Shown in pieces: positions 5,665-14,860 of a stretch of 32,000 nucleotides of DNA (within the stretch, counting starts at the first letter, position 1; each line of letters starts with the position of its first letter). The notes under the pieces were generated by a model, which saw only the letters and a list, made by a program, of their open reading frames with translations, was not told the DNA's origin and ran no database searches. Origin of the DNA: Candidatus Scalinduaceae bacterium (lineage in GTDB: Bacteria; Planctomycetota; Brocadiia; Brocadiales; Scalinduaceae); NCBI GenBank assembly GCA_965222815.1, contig CBDCUS010000013.1:1837302-1869301 (forward strand), in the 5' to 3' direction. The position numbers were made by a program, and so were the translations under genes.

Positions 5665-6984
5665 ATGATAAGTATTCCATCTGAAATTTCTGTTTGTTTT
5701 AATTCTGCTTTGGCCAAAAACAGGATTCCCAAAGAGTATCAGAACCATTATAGAAAATGGTTACGATATTATCTTGATTTTTGCATAAAGTATAATTTCG
5801 AAAGCATTCATCCAGAAAGCCTACAGAACTTTTTGAGAAAGTTGGGGGAAAAACGCCAGACAAGGGAGCAGCAAAAGCAGGCTTCTCATGCAATATCTTT
5901 ATATTACAAAATAGCTCCTACCAGAACGATACCTGATCAGAAGATAAGGTCGGGTGGGTTTCAGAGTGAACAAAATGCTTCAGAAAAAGAAAAATTGTCA
6001 GGCGAAAGTCAGGCATGGCAATCAGCTCTTGATAATCTTACTTCAGAAATCAAGATACGACACTATTCACCCAAAACACTGAAGACGTATACTCTGTGGG
6101 TCAAGAAATTTCAGGCCTTTACACGATGCAAAGATACGTTGTTATTGTCTTCAAACGACGTAAAAGAGTTTTTAACTTTTCTGGCTATTAAGCGGAAGGT
6201 ATCCGCCTCAACCCAAAATCAGGCTTTTAACGCCCTTTTGTTTTTTTACCGGCATGTCATCAAAAAGGATTTTGAGAATTTAAAGGATACTCCAAGGGCT
6301 AAGAGAAAACGTTATATACCCGTTGTTTTATCACGGGAAGAGATAGATGCAATTTTTGAAAATCTTTTATATCCGTATGATTTAGTCGCCAAGCTTTTGT
6401 ATGGATGTGGATTGAGATTGTTTGAATGCGTTAACCTCCGTGTTAACAATTTTAATTTTGATGCATGTATATTAACTGTACATGACGGCAAGGGAAAAAA
6501 GGATAGAACGGTTCCTCTGCCGGAGGCAATCCTGCCGGAGCTGAAAGCACATATGAAGCGGGTAAAAAATCTCCATCAAATAGACCTGGATGCAAATTAT
6601 TCCGGTGCTTTCCTGATTGACATGTTGGATAAGAAGTACAAGAATTGTGCTAAAGAGTTGGTTTGGCAGTGGTTTTTCCCTGCAAAGACATTAACCTTAG
6701 TTCCGGAGACAGGTGAATATCGACGGTATCATCTGCATGAATCTCATGTGCAGAAAGCCATAAAACGTGCTGTTGGTAAGTCAAAGATATGTAAGCGCGC
6801 TTCTTGCCATACGTTTCGCCATAGCTTCGCCTCTCATCTGTTGAAAGCCAACTATGACATACGTACTATTCAGGAACTGCTGGGGCATAGCGATGTCAGG
6901 ACTACAATGATTTATACCCATACGATAAAGAGTCAGACAGTAAAAGAGGCAAAGAGTCCACTTGATTTCTCATCTGAAGTGTAG
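5665..6984 (+). CDS. intI: Integron integrase IntI with an extra ~118-aa N-terminal domain
   Basis: The tyrosine-recombinase catalytic set is visible: R in GCGLRLFE, K in DGKGKKDR, HxxR in HTFRHSFASHLL, H in LLGHSDV, Y in MIYTH. It carries the IntI-specific insertion GAFLIDMLDKKYKNCAKELVWQWFFPAK...YRRYHLHESHVQKAIKRAV. That insertion is colinear with my remembered IntI1 segment [27 protein letters not shown]...RRHHMYDQTFQRAFKRAV. The C-terminal SPLD is also present. Confidence 0.9.
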   Translation: MISIPSEISVCFNSALAKNRIPKEYQNHYRKWLRYYLDFCIKYNFESIHPESLQNFLRKLGEKRQTREQQKQASHAISLYYKIAPTRTIPDQKIRSGGFQSEQNASEKEKLSGESQAWQSALDNLTSEIKIRHYSPKTLKTYTLWVKKFQAFTRCKDTLLLSSNDVKEFLTFLAIKRKVSASTQNQAFNALLFFYRHVIKKDFENLKDTPRAKRKRYIPVVLSREEIDAIFENLLYPYDLVAKLLYGCGLRLFECVNLRVNNFNFDACILTVHDGKGKKDRTVPLPEAILPELKAHMKRVKNLHQIDLDANYSGAFLIDMLDKKYKNCAKELVWQWFFPAKTLTLVPETGEYRRYHLHESHVQKAIKRAVGKSKICKRASCHTFRHSFASHLLKANYDIRTIQELLGHSDVRTTMIYTHTIKSQTVKEAKSPLDFSSEV

Positions 6985-6992
6985 TTAAATAG

Positions 6993-7207
6993 CGGTTGAA
7001 CGAAAACTGACCAGATATACCCATTACAAAATGATTTTTGGAATTTCTGGGCAGGAGTTTGCGTGAAATAGGGTTCTGAAAACTAAAAATCAATTTGTGA
7101 TGGGTATTAAAGGCGCGTAGATATTTTGTAACCGGAGCGTACTCAAGTACGTGAGGATTGCGAAATTTCTACAGCAACGCAGTAGGTGGTCAGTTTTCGT
7201 TCAACCG
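6993..7207 (-). repeat. Palindromic TIR element, copy R1 (215 bp, contains nested insertion)
   Basis: Perfect 21-bp terminal inverted repeats CGGTTGAACGAAAACTGACCA (6993-7013 / 7187-7207). The interior 7110-7186 is colinear, as reverse complement, with R2 and R3. It ends 5 nt after the stop of the - strand radical SAM gene. Confidence 0.75.
7017..7107. repeat. Nested small TIR element inside R1
   Basis: ~91 bp bounded by ATACCCATTACAAA / TTTGTGATGGGTAT (13 of 14 complementary). It occupies the position where R2 and R3 have only GTAC. Confidence 0.5.
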
Positions 7208-7212
7208 GTTGG

Positions 7213-8694
7213 TTACATGACATGCAGTTCGCTCACCTTGCGAAAATGGTAACCGTAAATGGCAAGCCTTACCGACAGGGGAAACAGTTTTCTATGATGA
7301 ATAAACGTCCATAACAGAAGATCCCAAAATTGTACACGTTCCTTGCCGATGATTCCAAGATGAAAGAAAGAACGAACCAAGCCTAGGATATGATCTAGCT
7401 CTACTTTAACCTTAATCTTCGGTGCCTTGTACTCTCTCAAGAATGTTTTTACTCGCTGGTAGTAGTTTTCGGGAGAATAGATGTGTCTTAAGATACTCTT
7501 ATAGCCATCTCTGCAGGTATCAATATCCATTTTGTTAGGGATAATGTTTGTAGTTCCATCAATGTTATCACCTGACATCCGCCCAAGCAGACGTCCCTCC
7601 TTCTTTAAACGGTCGTAGAGTTTTGTACCATATGGTGCTTGCAGGAGGCCAATCATGGCCATTACGACACCGCTCTTCTGGATAAAATCAATTTGACGTT
7701 GAAAGATGGAAGGTGTATCGCTGTCAAAACCGACAATGAAACCTGCCTGTACCTGTAAGCCCGCTCGCTGAATCCGTTGTACGTCTTTAACGAGTTCACG
7801 GTTATTATTCTGTTTTTTGCCACACTCAACCAAACTATCTGTATCAGGGGTTTCTATTCCCACAAAAACCGCGTCAAAACCCGCATCGGACATCATCTGC
7901 ATCAGCGGTTCGTCATCAGCTAGATTGATTGAGACCTCTGTATGAAAGGGCAGAGGAACGTGTTCTGCTTGCCACTTAATCAGTGCAGGTAACAGCTCCT
8001 TCTTGAGGGCCCTTTTGTTTCCAATGAGATTGTCATCAACAAAGAAGACTGGGCCACGCCACCCCAGATCATAAAAACTATTTAACTCGTTGATAATTTG
8101 TTCAACAGTTTTTGTGCGTGTTCGTTGTCCAAAGAGGGCAGTTACATCGCAAAATTCACATTGGTAGGGGCAACCCCGCGTATACTGTATACTCAATGAT
8201 GCGTACCGTTTCATATCAATCAGATCCCATTGAGGAGCAGGTGTTTCACGAATGTCAGGATATTGGGTCGTCGTATAAATCCGTTTAGGACAACCATTTT
8301 CCAAGTCTTCCAGAAACCCTGGAAGTGTCAACTCTGCTTCATTGAGGATAAAGTGATCAACGTCCTCAAATTGGTTATGTTCACTCGTAAATAGTGGTCC
8401 TCCGGCAACCACCGTAACACCCGCTTTTTTGCACCTTTCAATTAATTGGCGGGCCGAAGTTCGTTGTATGACCATACTCCCAATAAAGACATAATCCGCC
8501 CATGCAAGATCTTGATCCATAAGCTTCGAAACGTTGACATCAATAAGACGTTTTGACCAACTTGACGGAAGCATTGCAGCAACAGTCAGCAATCCCAATG
8601 GAGGGAAGGAAGCCTTTTTTCGGGTAAACTTGAGGGCGTGTTTGAAACTCCAAAATGTATCGGGAAACTCTGGGTATAGAAATAGTATGTTCAT
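7213..8694 (-). CDS. B12-binding-domain radical SAM protein (DUF4070-type C-terminus)
   Basis: It has an N-terminal cobalamin-binding-like region (ILFLYPEFP...PPLGLLTVAAML), the CxxxCxxC cluster motif in YTRGCPYQCEFCD, and is 493 aa long. Confidence 0.75.
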   Translation of the reverse strand: MNILFLYPEFPDTFWSFKHALKFTRKKASFPPLGLLTVAAMLPSSWSKRLIDVNVSKLMDQDLAWADYVFIGSMVIQRTSARQLIERCKKAGVTVVAGGPLFTSEHNQFEDVDHFILNEAELTLPGFLEDLENGCPKRIYTTTQYPDIRETPAPQWDLIDMKRYASLSIQYTRGCPYQCEFCDVTALFGQRTRTKTVEQIINELNSFYDLGWRGPVFFVDDNLIGNKRALKKELLPALIKWQAEHVPLPFHTEVSINLADDEPLMQMMSDAGFDAVFVGIETPDTDSLVECGKKQNNNRELVKDVQRIQRAGLQVQAGFIVGFDSDTPSIFQRQIDFIQKSGVVMAMIGLLQAPYGTKLYDRLKKEGRLLGRMSGDNIDGTTNIIPNKMDIDTCRDGYKSILRHIYSPENYYQRVKTFLREYKAPKIKVKVELDHILGLVRSFFHLGIIGKERVQFWDLLLWTFIHHRKLFPLSVRLAIYGYHFRKVSELHVM

Positions 8695-9107
8695 TGTTTT
8701 ACTTTCCTCGTTTTACATACACATGCGGGAATTATTACAAAAACAGTGGGAAAAATACACCAAATCAGGTTTCCTTTGCGTTCCTGAAAAATATACTTTG
8801 GTATCCTTATAACATAATTAGCGAACATATAAAAGCGAAAAAATGTCATGGGAAAGGCCCGTTTCGTAAAATACCATTTCAGATGTTTAACGGTTTTTGT
8901 CTATAACTCTCTGACTTAAGATTTGGTCTATCAATTCCAGGAAACACAGTTTAAGTTGACGGTAAGAAAGTTTGTTCTCTCTTTTGTATTACGCATTAGC
9001 CAAATGAAACAAAAGAGTACCTACATCACAGACAGTTCCACAAGTTTTTACTCACGATATCAACCCCAATCCCAATATAATAACCCATCCGCATCAAAGA
9101 TCTAGCT

Positions 9108-9181
9108 TGGTTACCCGGGGAGGACTCGAACCTCCAATGAGAGAATCAAAATCTCTAGTGTTGCCATTACACTACCGGGTA
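9108..9181 (-). tRNA. tRNA-Gln (anticodon UUG), CCA encoded
   Basis: Cloverleaf folded by hand: acceptor TACCCGG/CCGGGTA, D arm GTGT-AATGGCA-ACAC, anticodon arm AGAGA-TTTTGAT-TCTCT, T arm GGAGG-TTCGAGT-CCTCC. 74 nt. Confidence 0.9.
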
Positions 9182-9534
9182 ATATTCTGTGATCTTGAGT
9201 CCCATTTTCTGTACGGTATTAATGATTCATAGAGCACCTATGTATCATGTGATACGGGACCTAAATCCTGGAAATAGTGCTATTAGGGGTAAGATTTAAA
9301 TTATATCCAAAGGTTTGATGTTGTCAATTCTAAACTAGTATATCGAAGCACGAACTACGAAAATTCATGGAAATATTTACCTTGATTTCGTCTTTGTCCT
9401 CAGTAGAATACGCTACATATTTAGTTCAGACACAGGATTCAAATTCAAGTACCAAATTGGTACAGCGAAAATAAGCAAATATCACTAATCGTAGTACATC
9501 TTTTTTGTAAAGAAGAGGTTTTTAAGGTTTCTTG

Positions 9535-12189
9535 ATGCAGACGAATGAGATTCGGCAAAGATATTTGAGTTTTTTTGAAAGAAAAGGGCATGCAATACTT
9601 CCCAGTGATTCGCTCGTCCCGGAAGATGATCCTACCCTCTTATTTACCGGTGCAGGGATGAACCAGTTTAAAGATATGTTTTTGGGAAAGGGAAAACTCA
9701 ACATTAAAAGGGCTACAACATGTCAAAAATGTCTCAGGACTGGTGATATTGAGAATGTAGGCAGGACGCCAAGGCATCACACCTTTTTTGAAATGTTGGG
9801 AAACTTCTCTTTTGGAGATTATTTTAAGAGCGAGGCGATTGAGCTCGCATGGGAATTTATGCTTCACGAGATGAAAATTCCGATTGAAAAGTTGGTAGTA
9901 AGTGTCTTTATTGACGATGATGAATCGTATAACATTTGGTCAGAGAAGATCGGTGTTCCAAAAGACAAAATATATCGGTTCGATGAGAAAGACAATTTTT
10001 GGCCTGCCAGTGCACCTTCTCAAGGGCCAAACGGCCCTTGCGGTCCTTGCTCAGAAATCTATTACGACCGAGGTCGAGAAATCGGATGTAAACGGAAGGA
10101 GTGTGCTCCTGATTGTGACTGCGAACGTTTCGTTGAAATTTGGAATCTTGTCTTTACGCAGTTTGATAGAAAAGAGACTGGTATCCTCGATCCTTTACCA
10201 AATAAAAATGTTGATACGGGCATGGGCTTAGAAAGAATGGCCAGCGTAATGCAAGGAACCGATACGAATTTTGGCATTGATATCTTTCAACCAATTATTC
10301 GGGATATTTCTGAGTGTGTTGATCTTCCCTATGACGGGCAAACAGAACAGAGTAAAATGATGAACAAGATAGCCGACCACATAAGGGCTATCATTTTTTG
10401 TATTGCTGATGGTGTCCTCCCGAGTAACGAAGGAAGAGGGTATATTGAAAGAAGGCTGCTCCGAAAAGCTGTTCGTGATGGCCTTAATTTAGGAAAGGAA
10501 GAGAGTTTTCTTTACAAGCTTGTTCCAGTTGTGGCTGACGTGATGCATACCCAGTACCCTGATATCAAGAATCGCCAGGAGAATATCGCAAGAATAATTA
10601 AGAACGAGGAAGAGCGATTTCACGAAACTCTCTATTTGGGGAGCAAAAGATTGAGAGAACTTATGGAAAATCTCCACAAAAATGGGCAAAAAGAGTTAAC
10701 AGGATCAGACGCTTTCCTTCTGTACGACACGTATGGCTTCCCCTTTGAAATGACAGAATCAATCTTGCGTGAAAAAAACCTGAAGATAGACAGGGATGGT
10801 TTTGAAAAAGAGATGGACTTGCAGCGGCAGAGAGCAAAGGAGTCGTCAAGTATGAAGGGGAACATTTTTGACGAAGGGCCGTTGGATAGAATTAAGGAAC
10901 AGAGCAGCGAGACGCTTTTTCTTGGTTATAACGATCATGAAGCTGAAGGAAAAGTGATAGGATTGATAGTTGATGATCATTTGGTTCCCTCTGCTGAAAC
11001 CGGTCAAGATGTGCACATTGTACTGGACAAAACCCCTTTCTATGGAGAGTCTGGAGGACAAATCGGGGATACGGGTACCATACAGACAAAAGAGGCAGAG
11101 ATTGAGATTAAGGATACCAAGATCATTAATGATATTATCGTACATATTGGCAGAGTTGTAAATGGTAAGATTGCGGTACATGAAAAAGTTGTTTCAAAGA
11201 TTGACAAAGGGCGCAGAGTTGCAATAAAACGTAATCACTCGGCCACACACCTACTTCATCATGTCCTACAGAAGGTGATAGGAGAACATGCTGAACAATC
11301 TGGATCTCTCGTTGCTGCCCACAGGTTTCGCTTCGACTTTCACCATTTTACCGGTGTCACAAAAGATGAACTTGCGAGAATTGAAGAGTTGATGAATGAA
11401 AAGATTATGGAAAATTGGCATGTTACTATTCAAGAGATGGCCTTAAACGATGCAAAAGCGATAGGAGCTGTTGCTTTATTTGGTGAAAAATACCGTGAAA
11501 ATGTGAGAGTTGTCGATATTGGAGGATTTAGTCGGGAGCTCTGCGGAGGCACCCATGTAGTTTCAACGGGTGAAATTGGCCTATTTAAGATTACGCATGA
11601 ATCTTCTGTTGCTGCGGGTATTCGGAGAATAGAAGCCGTTACAGGCCAAGATGCAATGAAGAGAACAAGAGAGAAAGAGGAGACTCTGGGAACGCTCTGT
11701 AGTATTCTCGATTCCCATGAAAATTCTGTTATTGAACGTGCCGAAGAGCTGATACAAAAGATAAAAGAGTTAAAAAAGGAGGTGCAAAAGGCAAAAAGGC
11801 AAAGTTCTCAGGAAAACATTGCAAATATTATTGCAAATGCCAAGAAGGTTGGGAATGTAACTATCGTAACAGAAATAGTGGAGGGTAGTGATAAGGGAGA
11901 CTTAAGAAAAATTGCTGATGTATTGAGGAAAAACGTCAATTCAGTAGCAATAGTTTTAGGAGCCGTCGATGATGGACAGGTCACCATGGTGACAGCCTTC
12001 AGCAATGATTTGGTAAAATCAGGTCTGCATGCTGGCAATCTCGCCAAAGAGGTTGCAAAAATTGTTGGAGGGGGTGGAGGTGGAAAAGCGGATATGGCAC
12101 AAGCTGGTGGCAGATTCCCTAATAAGGTAAATGAGGCTTTTGATTATGCGTTTAGGTTTTTGTGCAATGCAATTAAAGAGAACCGATGA
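9535..12189 (+). CDS. alaS: Alanine--tRNA ligase
   Basis: About 884 aa. Class II AlaRS N-terminus (RYLSFFERKGH...LLFTGAGMNQFK), editing-domain HSATHLLH and CGGTH motifs, and a C-terminal GGGGGK DHHA1-type tail. I chose ATG 9535 over the TTG at 9532. Confidence 0.95.
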   Translation: MQTNEIRQRYLSFFERKGHAILPSDSLVPEDDPTLLFTGAGMNQFKDMFLGKGKLNIKRATTCQKCLRTGDIENVGRTPRHHTFFEMLGNFSFGDYFKSEAIELAWEFMLHEMKIPIEKLVVSVFIDDDESYNIWSEKIGVPKDKIYRFDEKDNFWPASAPSQGPNGPCGPCSEIYYDRGREIGCKRKECAPDCDCERFVEIWNLVFTQFDRKETGILDPLPNKNVDTGMGLERMASVMQGTDTNFGIDIFQPIIRDISECVDLPYDGQTEQSKMMNKIADHIRAIIFCIADGVLPSNEGRGYIERRLLRKAVRDGLNLGKEESFLYKLVPVVADVMHTQYPDIKNRQENIARIIKNEEERFHETLYLGSKRLRELMENLHKNGQKELTGSDAFLLYDTYGFPFEMTESILREKNLKIDRDGFEKEMDLQRQRAKESSSMKGNIFDEGPLDRIKEQSSETLFLGYNDHEAEGKVIGLIVDDHLVPSAETGQDVHIVLDKTPFYGESGGQIGDTGTIQTKEAEIEIKDTKIINDIIVHIGRVVNGKIAVHEKVVSKIDKGRRVAIKRNHSATHLLHHVLQKVIGEHAEQSGSLVAAHRFRFDFHHFTGVTKDELARIEELMNEKIMENWHVTIQEMALNDAKAIGAVALFGEKYRENVRVVDIGGFSRELCGGTHVVSTGEIGLFKITHESSVAAGIRRIEAVTGQDAMKRTREKEETLGTLCSILDSHENSVIERAEELIQKIKELKKEVQKAKRQSSQENIANIIANAKKVGNVTIVTEIVEGSDKGDLRKIADVLRKNVNSVAIVLGAVDDGQVTMVTAFSNDLVKSGLHAGNLAKEVAKIVGGGGGGKADMAQAGGRFPNKVNEAFDYAFRFLCNAIKENR

Positions 12190-12206
12190 AGGTTCTCTTG
12201 TTTTTT
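12178..12206 (+). terminator. Rho-independent terminator overlapping the alaS stop
   Basis: GAGAACC-GATGAA-GGTTCTC followed by TTGTTTTTT. Confidence 0.6.
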
Positions 12207-12208
12207 GC

Positions 12209-12237
12209 TTGACAAGAATAGGGGACAAATATACAAT
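12209..12237 (+). promoter_or_regulatory. Promoter of the rpmF-plsX-fab operon (TTGACA-17-TACAAT)
   Basis: Consensus -35 and near-consensus -10 with a 17-nt spacer, about 170 nt upstream of rpmF. Confidence 0.55.
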
Positions 12238-12288
12238 ATGATTTTTCTGAGGCACATGTAACTTTCTAATATTTAAAGGGATAGGTAG

Positions 12289-12378
12289 AAAAAGGGAAGA
12301 ATAAGAAAGCATGAGAGGCTCAGTAATTATGGAGATAATTCCTAATAATTCCCCTTTCTTTCTTTTTCTTCCCTTTTT
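12289..12378 (+). promoter_or_regulatory. Long purine/pyrimidine hairpin in the rpmF 5' leader
   Basis: AAAAAGGGAAGAATAAGAAAG (12289-12309) pairs with CTTTCTTTCTTTTTCTTCCCTTTTT (12354-12378; 12358-12378 paired). Base pairs form at 20 of 21 positions around a 48-nt loop. Confidence 0.5.
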
Positions 12379-12410
12379 GTTTGTGAGTCCCAATACACGA
12401 GTAAGACAAA

Positions 12411-12641
12411 ATGGCTAATCCGAAAAGGAAACATTCTCATACGAGAACACGAAAAAGGCGTGCACATGATGCGCTGACGCCTCCAAATATTCCAAACTTT
12501 GAGTCTACAAAAAAGGCTTCTGGCTATCAAACAAACAAATTTATTTGTCCAAATTGTAAACAGATAAAATTGCCACATACAGTCTGCCATAATTGTGGCT
12601 ATTACCGCGGTCGTCAAGTGATTGCTATAGAGAGAGTTTGA
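12411..12641 (+). CDS. rpmF: 50S ribosomal protein L32
   Basis: MANPKRKHSHTRTRKRRAH N-terminus and a CPNC...CHNC zinc ribbon. It lies upstream of plsX, as in many bacteria. Confidence 0.9.
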   Translation: MANPKRKHSHTRTRKRRAHDALTPPNIPNFESTKKASGYQTNKFICPNCKQIKLPHTVCHNCGYYRGRQVIAIERV

Positions 12642-12643
12642 TC

Positions 12644-13660
12644 ATGCGTATTGCTGTTGATGCCATGGGTGGTGATGCAGCCCCTTCCGCGATTGTACAG
12701 GGAGCTGTAAATGCTGCCAATAAATTTTCTGATCATGAGATTGTGCTGGTAGGTGATAGTGACCAAATCCGTGATGAGCTAAGCAAGGCCGATTCATATT
12801 CAAGCAATATTTCCGTTGTGCACACTTCACAAGTGGTTGGCATGAACGAATCTGCAACTGTTGCTTTGCGGAAAAAGATTGACTCCTCAATAACGAGAAG
12901 TGTTGAGCTTGTGGCAAAGAATAAGGCTGACGCAATAGTAAGTGCGGGCAATACTGGTGCAACGGTAGCGGCAGCTGCTATGTTTTTACGCACTTTGGAG
13001 GGAGTGAAGCGACCTGGAATAGCTGTTACAATTCCGACTCTTCATGGTGTTTGTCTCGTAATTGATGCTGGTGCAAACATAAAATGCAAACCAATACATC
13101 TTTTACAGAATGCAATAATGGCTTCGGTTTTTTGCAAATGTATTTTAAATATCAAAAAACCAAAAGTTGGCCTTTTAAATATAGGTGAGGAAGATGCGAA
13201 AGGTAATGATCTTGTTAAGGAGACGTATTCCCTCCTTTCAAGTTCCCATTTAAATTTTGTTGGAAATGCTGAAGGGCGCGATGTTTTTGATGGGAATTAT
13301 GATATAGTGGTTTGCGAAGGTTTTATCGGCAATGTGCTGTTAAAATTTGCAGAAGGTCTTTCTATTAGTCTCTTAACCGCTCTCGTGTCCGAAGCAAAAA
13401 AACGCCTTTTATCTAAATTTGGTGTGTGGCTCTGCAAACCGGCACTAAAACATCTTGTCAGTAGCATGGACTATTCTGAATATGGTGGTGTACCGCTCCT
13501 TGGTGTCGATGGGATATGTGTTATTTCGCATGGGAGATCAGATTCAAAGGCAATTCAAAACGCAATAAGAGAAGCGATACAGTTTAGAAAATACCAAGTA
13601 AACAAGCATATTATTTCTGAACTAAAAAACTCCTCTTCTTCTCTGGTAACTGCAACGTAA
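12644..13660 (+). CDS. plsX: Phosphate acyltransferase PlsX
   Basis: MRIAVDAMGGD start and SAGNTGA motif. I chose ATG 12644, 2 nt after the rpmF stop, rather than the track's upstream 12593. Confidence 0.9.
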   Translation: MRIAVDAMGGDAAPSAIVQGAVNAANKFSDHEIVLVGDSDQIRDELSKADSYSSNISVVHTSQVVGMNESATVALRKKIDSSITRSVELVAKNKADAIVSAGNTGATVAAAAMFLRTLEGVKRPGIAVTIPTLHGVCLVIDAGANIKCKPIHLLQNAIMASVFCKCILNIKKPKVGLLNIGEEDAKGNDLVKETYSLLSSSHLNFVGNAEGRDVFDGNYDIVVCEGFIGNVLLKFAEGLSISLLTALVSEAKKRLLSKFGVWLCKPALKHLVSSMDYSEYGGVPLLGVDGICVISHGRSDSKAIQNAIREAIQFRKYQVNKHIISELKNSSSSLVTAT

Positions 13661-13691
13661 GATATTTACCTAATTTTAATTAGGATGGTTA

Positions 13692-14681
13692 ATGGGAAAA
13701 GTATGTAATGCAGCAATCATCGGGATAGGATCTTTCTTGCCCGAAAAAATCCTCTCCAATGATGATCTGCTTAAGATGGTTGATACGAGTGATGAGTGGA
13801 TCACTAAACGTACGGGGATTAAAGAGAGACGTATTGTAGAGAATGGAACTGCGACCTCGGACTTAGCTGTTGAGGCATCTCTACGCGCTCTCGAAGATGC
13901 AAAAGTATCACCTTCTGAATTAGACCTTATCGTTACATCCACAATTACGCCTGATTGTCTGTTTCCGTCCACCTCTTGTTTTGTACAAGAAAAAATCGGT
14001 GCGTTGAAGGCTGGGGCCTTCGACATATTGGCCGCTTGTGCTGGGTTCATATATGCACTTTCAATTGCAAAGAATTTCGTCATTTCTGGCACGAGAGAAA
14101 CGGTTCTGGTTGTTGGTGCTGAGTGCCTGTCGAAGGTTACCGACTATACGGACAGGAGCACTTGTGTTCTTTTTGGTGATGGTGCCGGTGCTGCAGTCGT
14201 TCAAAAAAGTAGAGGTGAACGAGAAATCATTACAACTCTTTTAGGTGCGGATGGAAGCCAGGCAGATCTATTAATGCTTCCCGCAGGTGGATCGCGATTG
14301 CCCGCATCACATGAGACAGTTGATTCCCGTTCCCACTATATTAAACTTAAGGGAAAATGGCTGTTTAAGCTTGCCGTTAATAACATGGTAGAGGTAATCT
14401 TAAAGTCAGTTCAAGATAACAATCTTACCATGAATGATATAGATCTGATAATTCCTCATCAAAGTAATATTAGGATCATTGAAGCAGCAATGGAAAAGCT
14501 TAATTTGCCAAAGGACAAGGCTTATGTAAATATTGATAGGTTTGGTAATACTTCATCTGCATCAATTCCAATCGCAATAGATGAAATAGATAAAAATAAT
14601 GTACTTAAACCTGGCAATACGGTACTTTTAGTAGCTTTTGGTGGTGGGTTAACGTGGAGTTCTTCTATCATTAAGTGGTAA
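13692..14681 (+). CDS. fabH: 3-oxoacyl-ACP synthase III
   Basis: ACAGF active-site Cys region, HQSN and GNTSSASIP motifs. 329 aa. Confidence 0.9.
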   Translation: MGKVCNAAIIGIGSFLPEKILSNDDLLKMVDTSDEWITKRTGIKERRIVENGTATSDLAVEASLRALEDAKVSPSELDLIVTSTITPDCLFPSTSCFVQEKIGALKAGAFDILAACAGFIYALSIAKNFVISGTRETVLVVGAECLSKVTDYTDRSTCVLFGDGAGAAVVQKSRGEREIITTLLGADGSQADLLMLPAGGSRLPASHETVDSRSHYIKLKGKWLFKLAVNNMVEVILKSVQDNNLTMNDIDLIIPHQSNIRIIEAAMEKLNLPKDKAYVNIDRFGNTSSASIPIAIDEIDKNNVLKPGNTVLLVAFGGGLTWSSSIIKW

Positions 14682-14860
14682 CTTGATCTACTTTTTGCAC
14701 ACATGAGCATCATTATCTATCATGCTTTATGTCTGTTTCCTGTTTTGGAAATATGTGACGCCACATTAACACAAGAAATTAAAGGAACGAAGATTTCGAA
14801 AGTTGTATTTTATGGTTACAGTTGAACTTCAGAAAAATTTGACTTAAAGGAGGGATAACC

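Larger units (their letters stand above)
1..6984. mobile_element. Chromosomal integron: intI, attI/Pc, and a leftward (- strand) cassette array that runs off the left edge
   Basis: IntI-type tyrosine recombinase on +. All 9 ORFs to its left are on -. They are separated by structured recombination-site-like repeats. An attI-like site with a GTTAGGC core lies between intI and the first cassette. Confidence 0.8.

Noticed and set aside
7213-9181. Could tRNA-Gln be the integration site of a genomic island comprising the integron?
   Set aside because: I saw no direct repeat of the tRNA 3' end in 1-7210 and no phage-type integrase at the junction. Integrons are not tRNA-targeted. The adjacency is probably incidental.
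9532-9534. TTG start for alaS, one codon upstream of the ATG.
   Set aside because: The adjacent ATG (9535) is the more likely initiator. The difference is one residue.
12593-12643. Upstream extension of plsX (MWLLPRSSSDCYRESLI) overlapping rpmF.
   Set aside because: It lies inside the rpmF coding sequence in another frame. The conserved PlsX N-terminus MRIAVDAMGGD starts at 12644.
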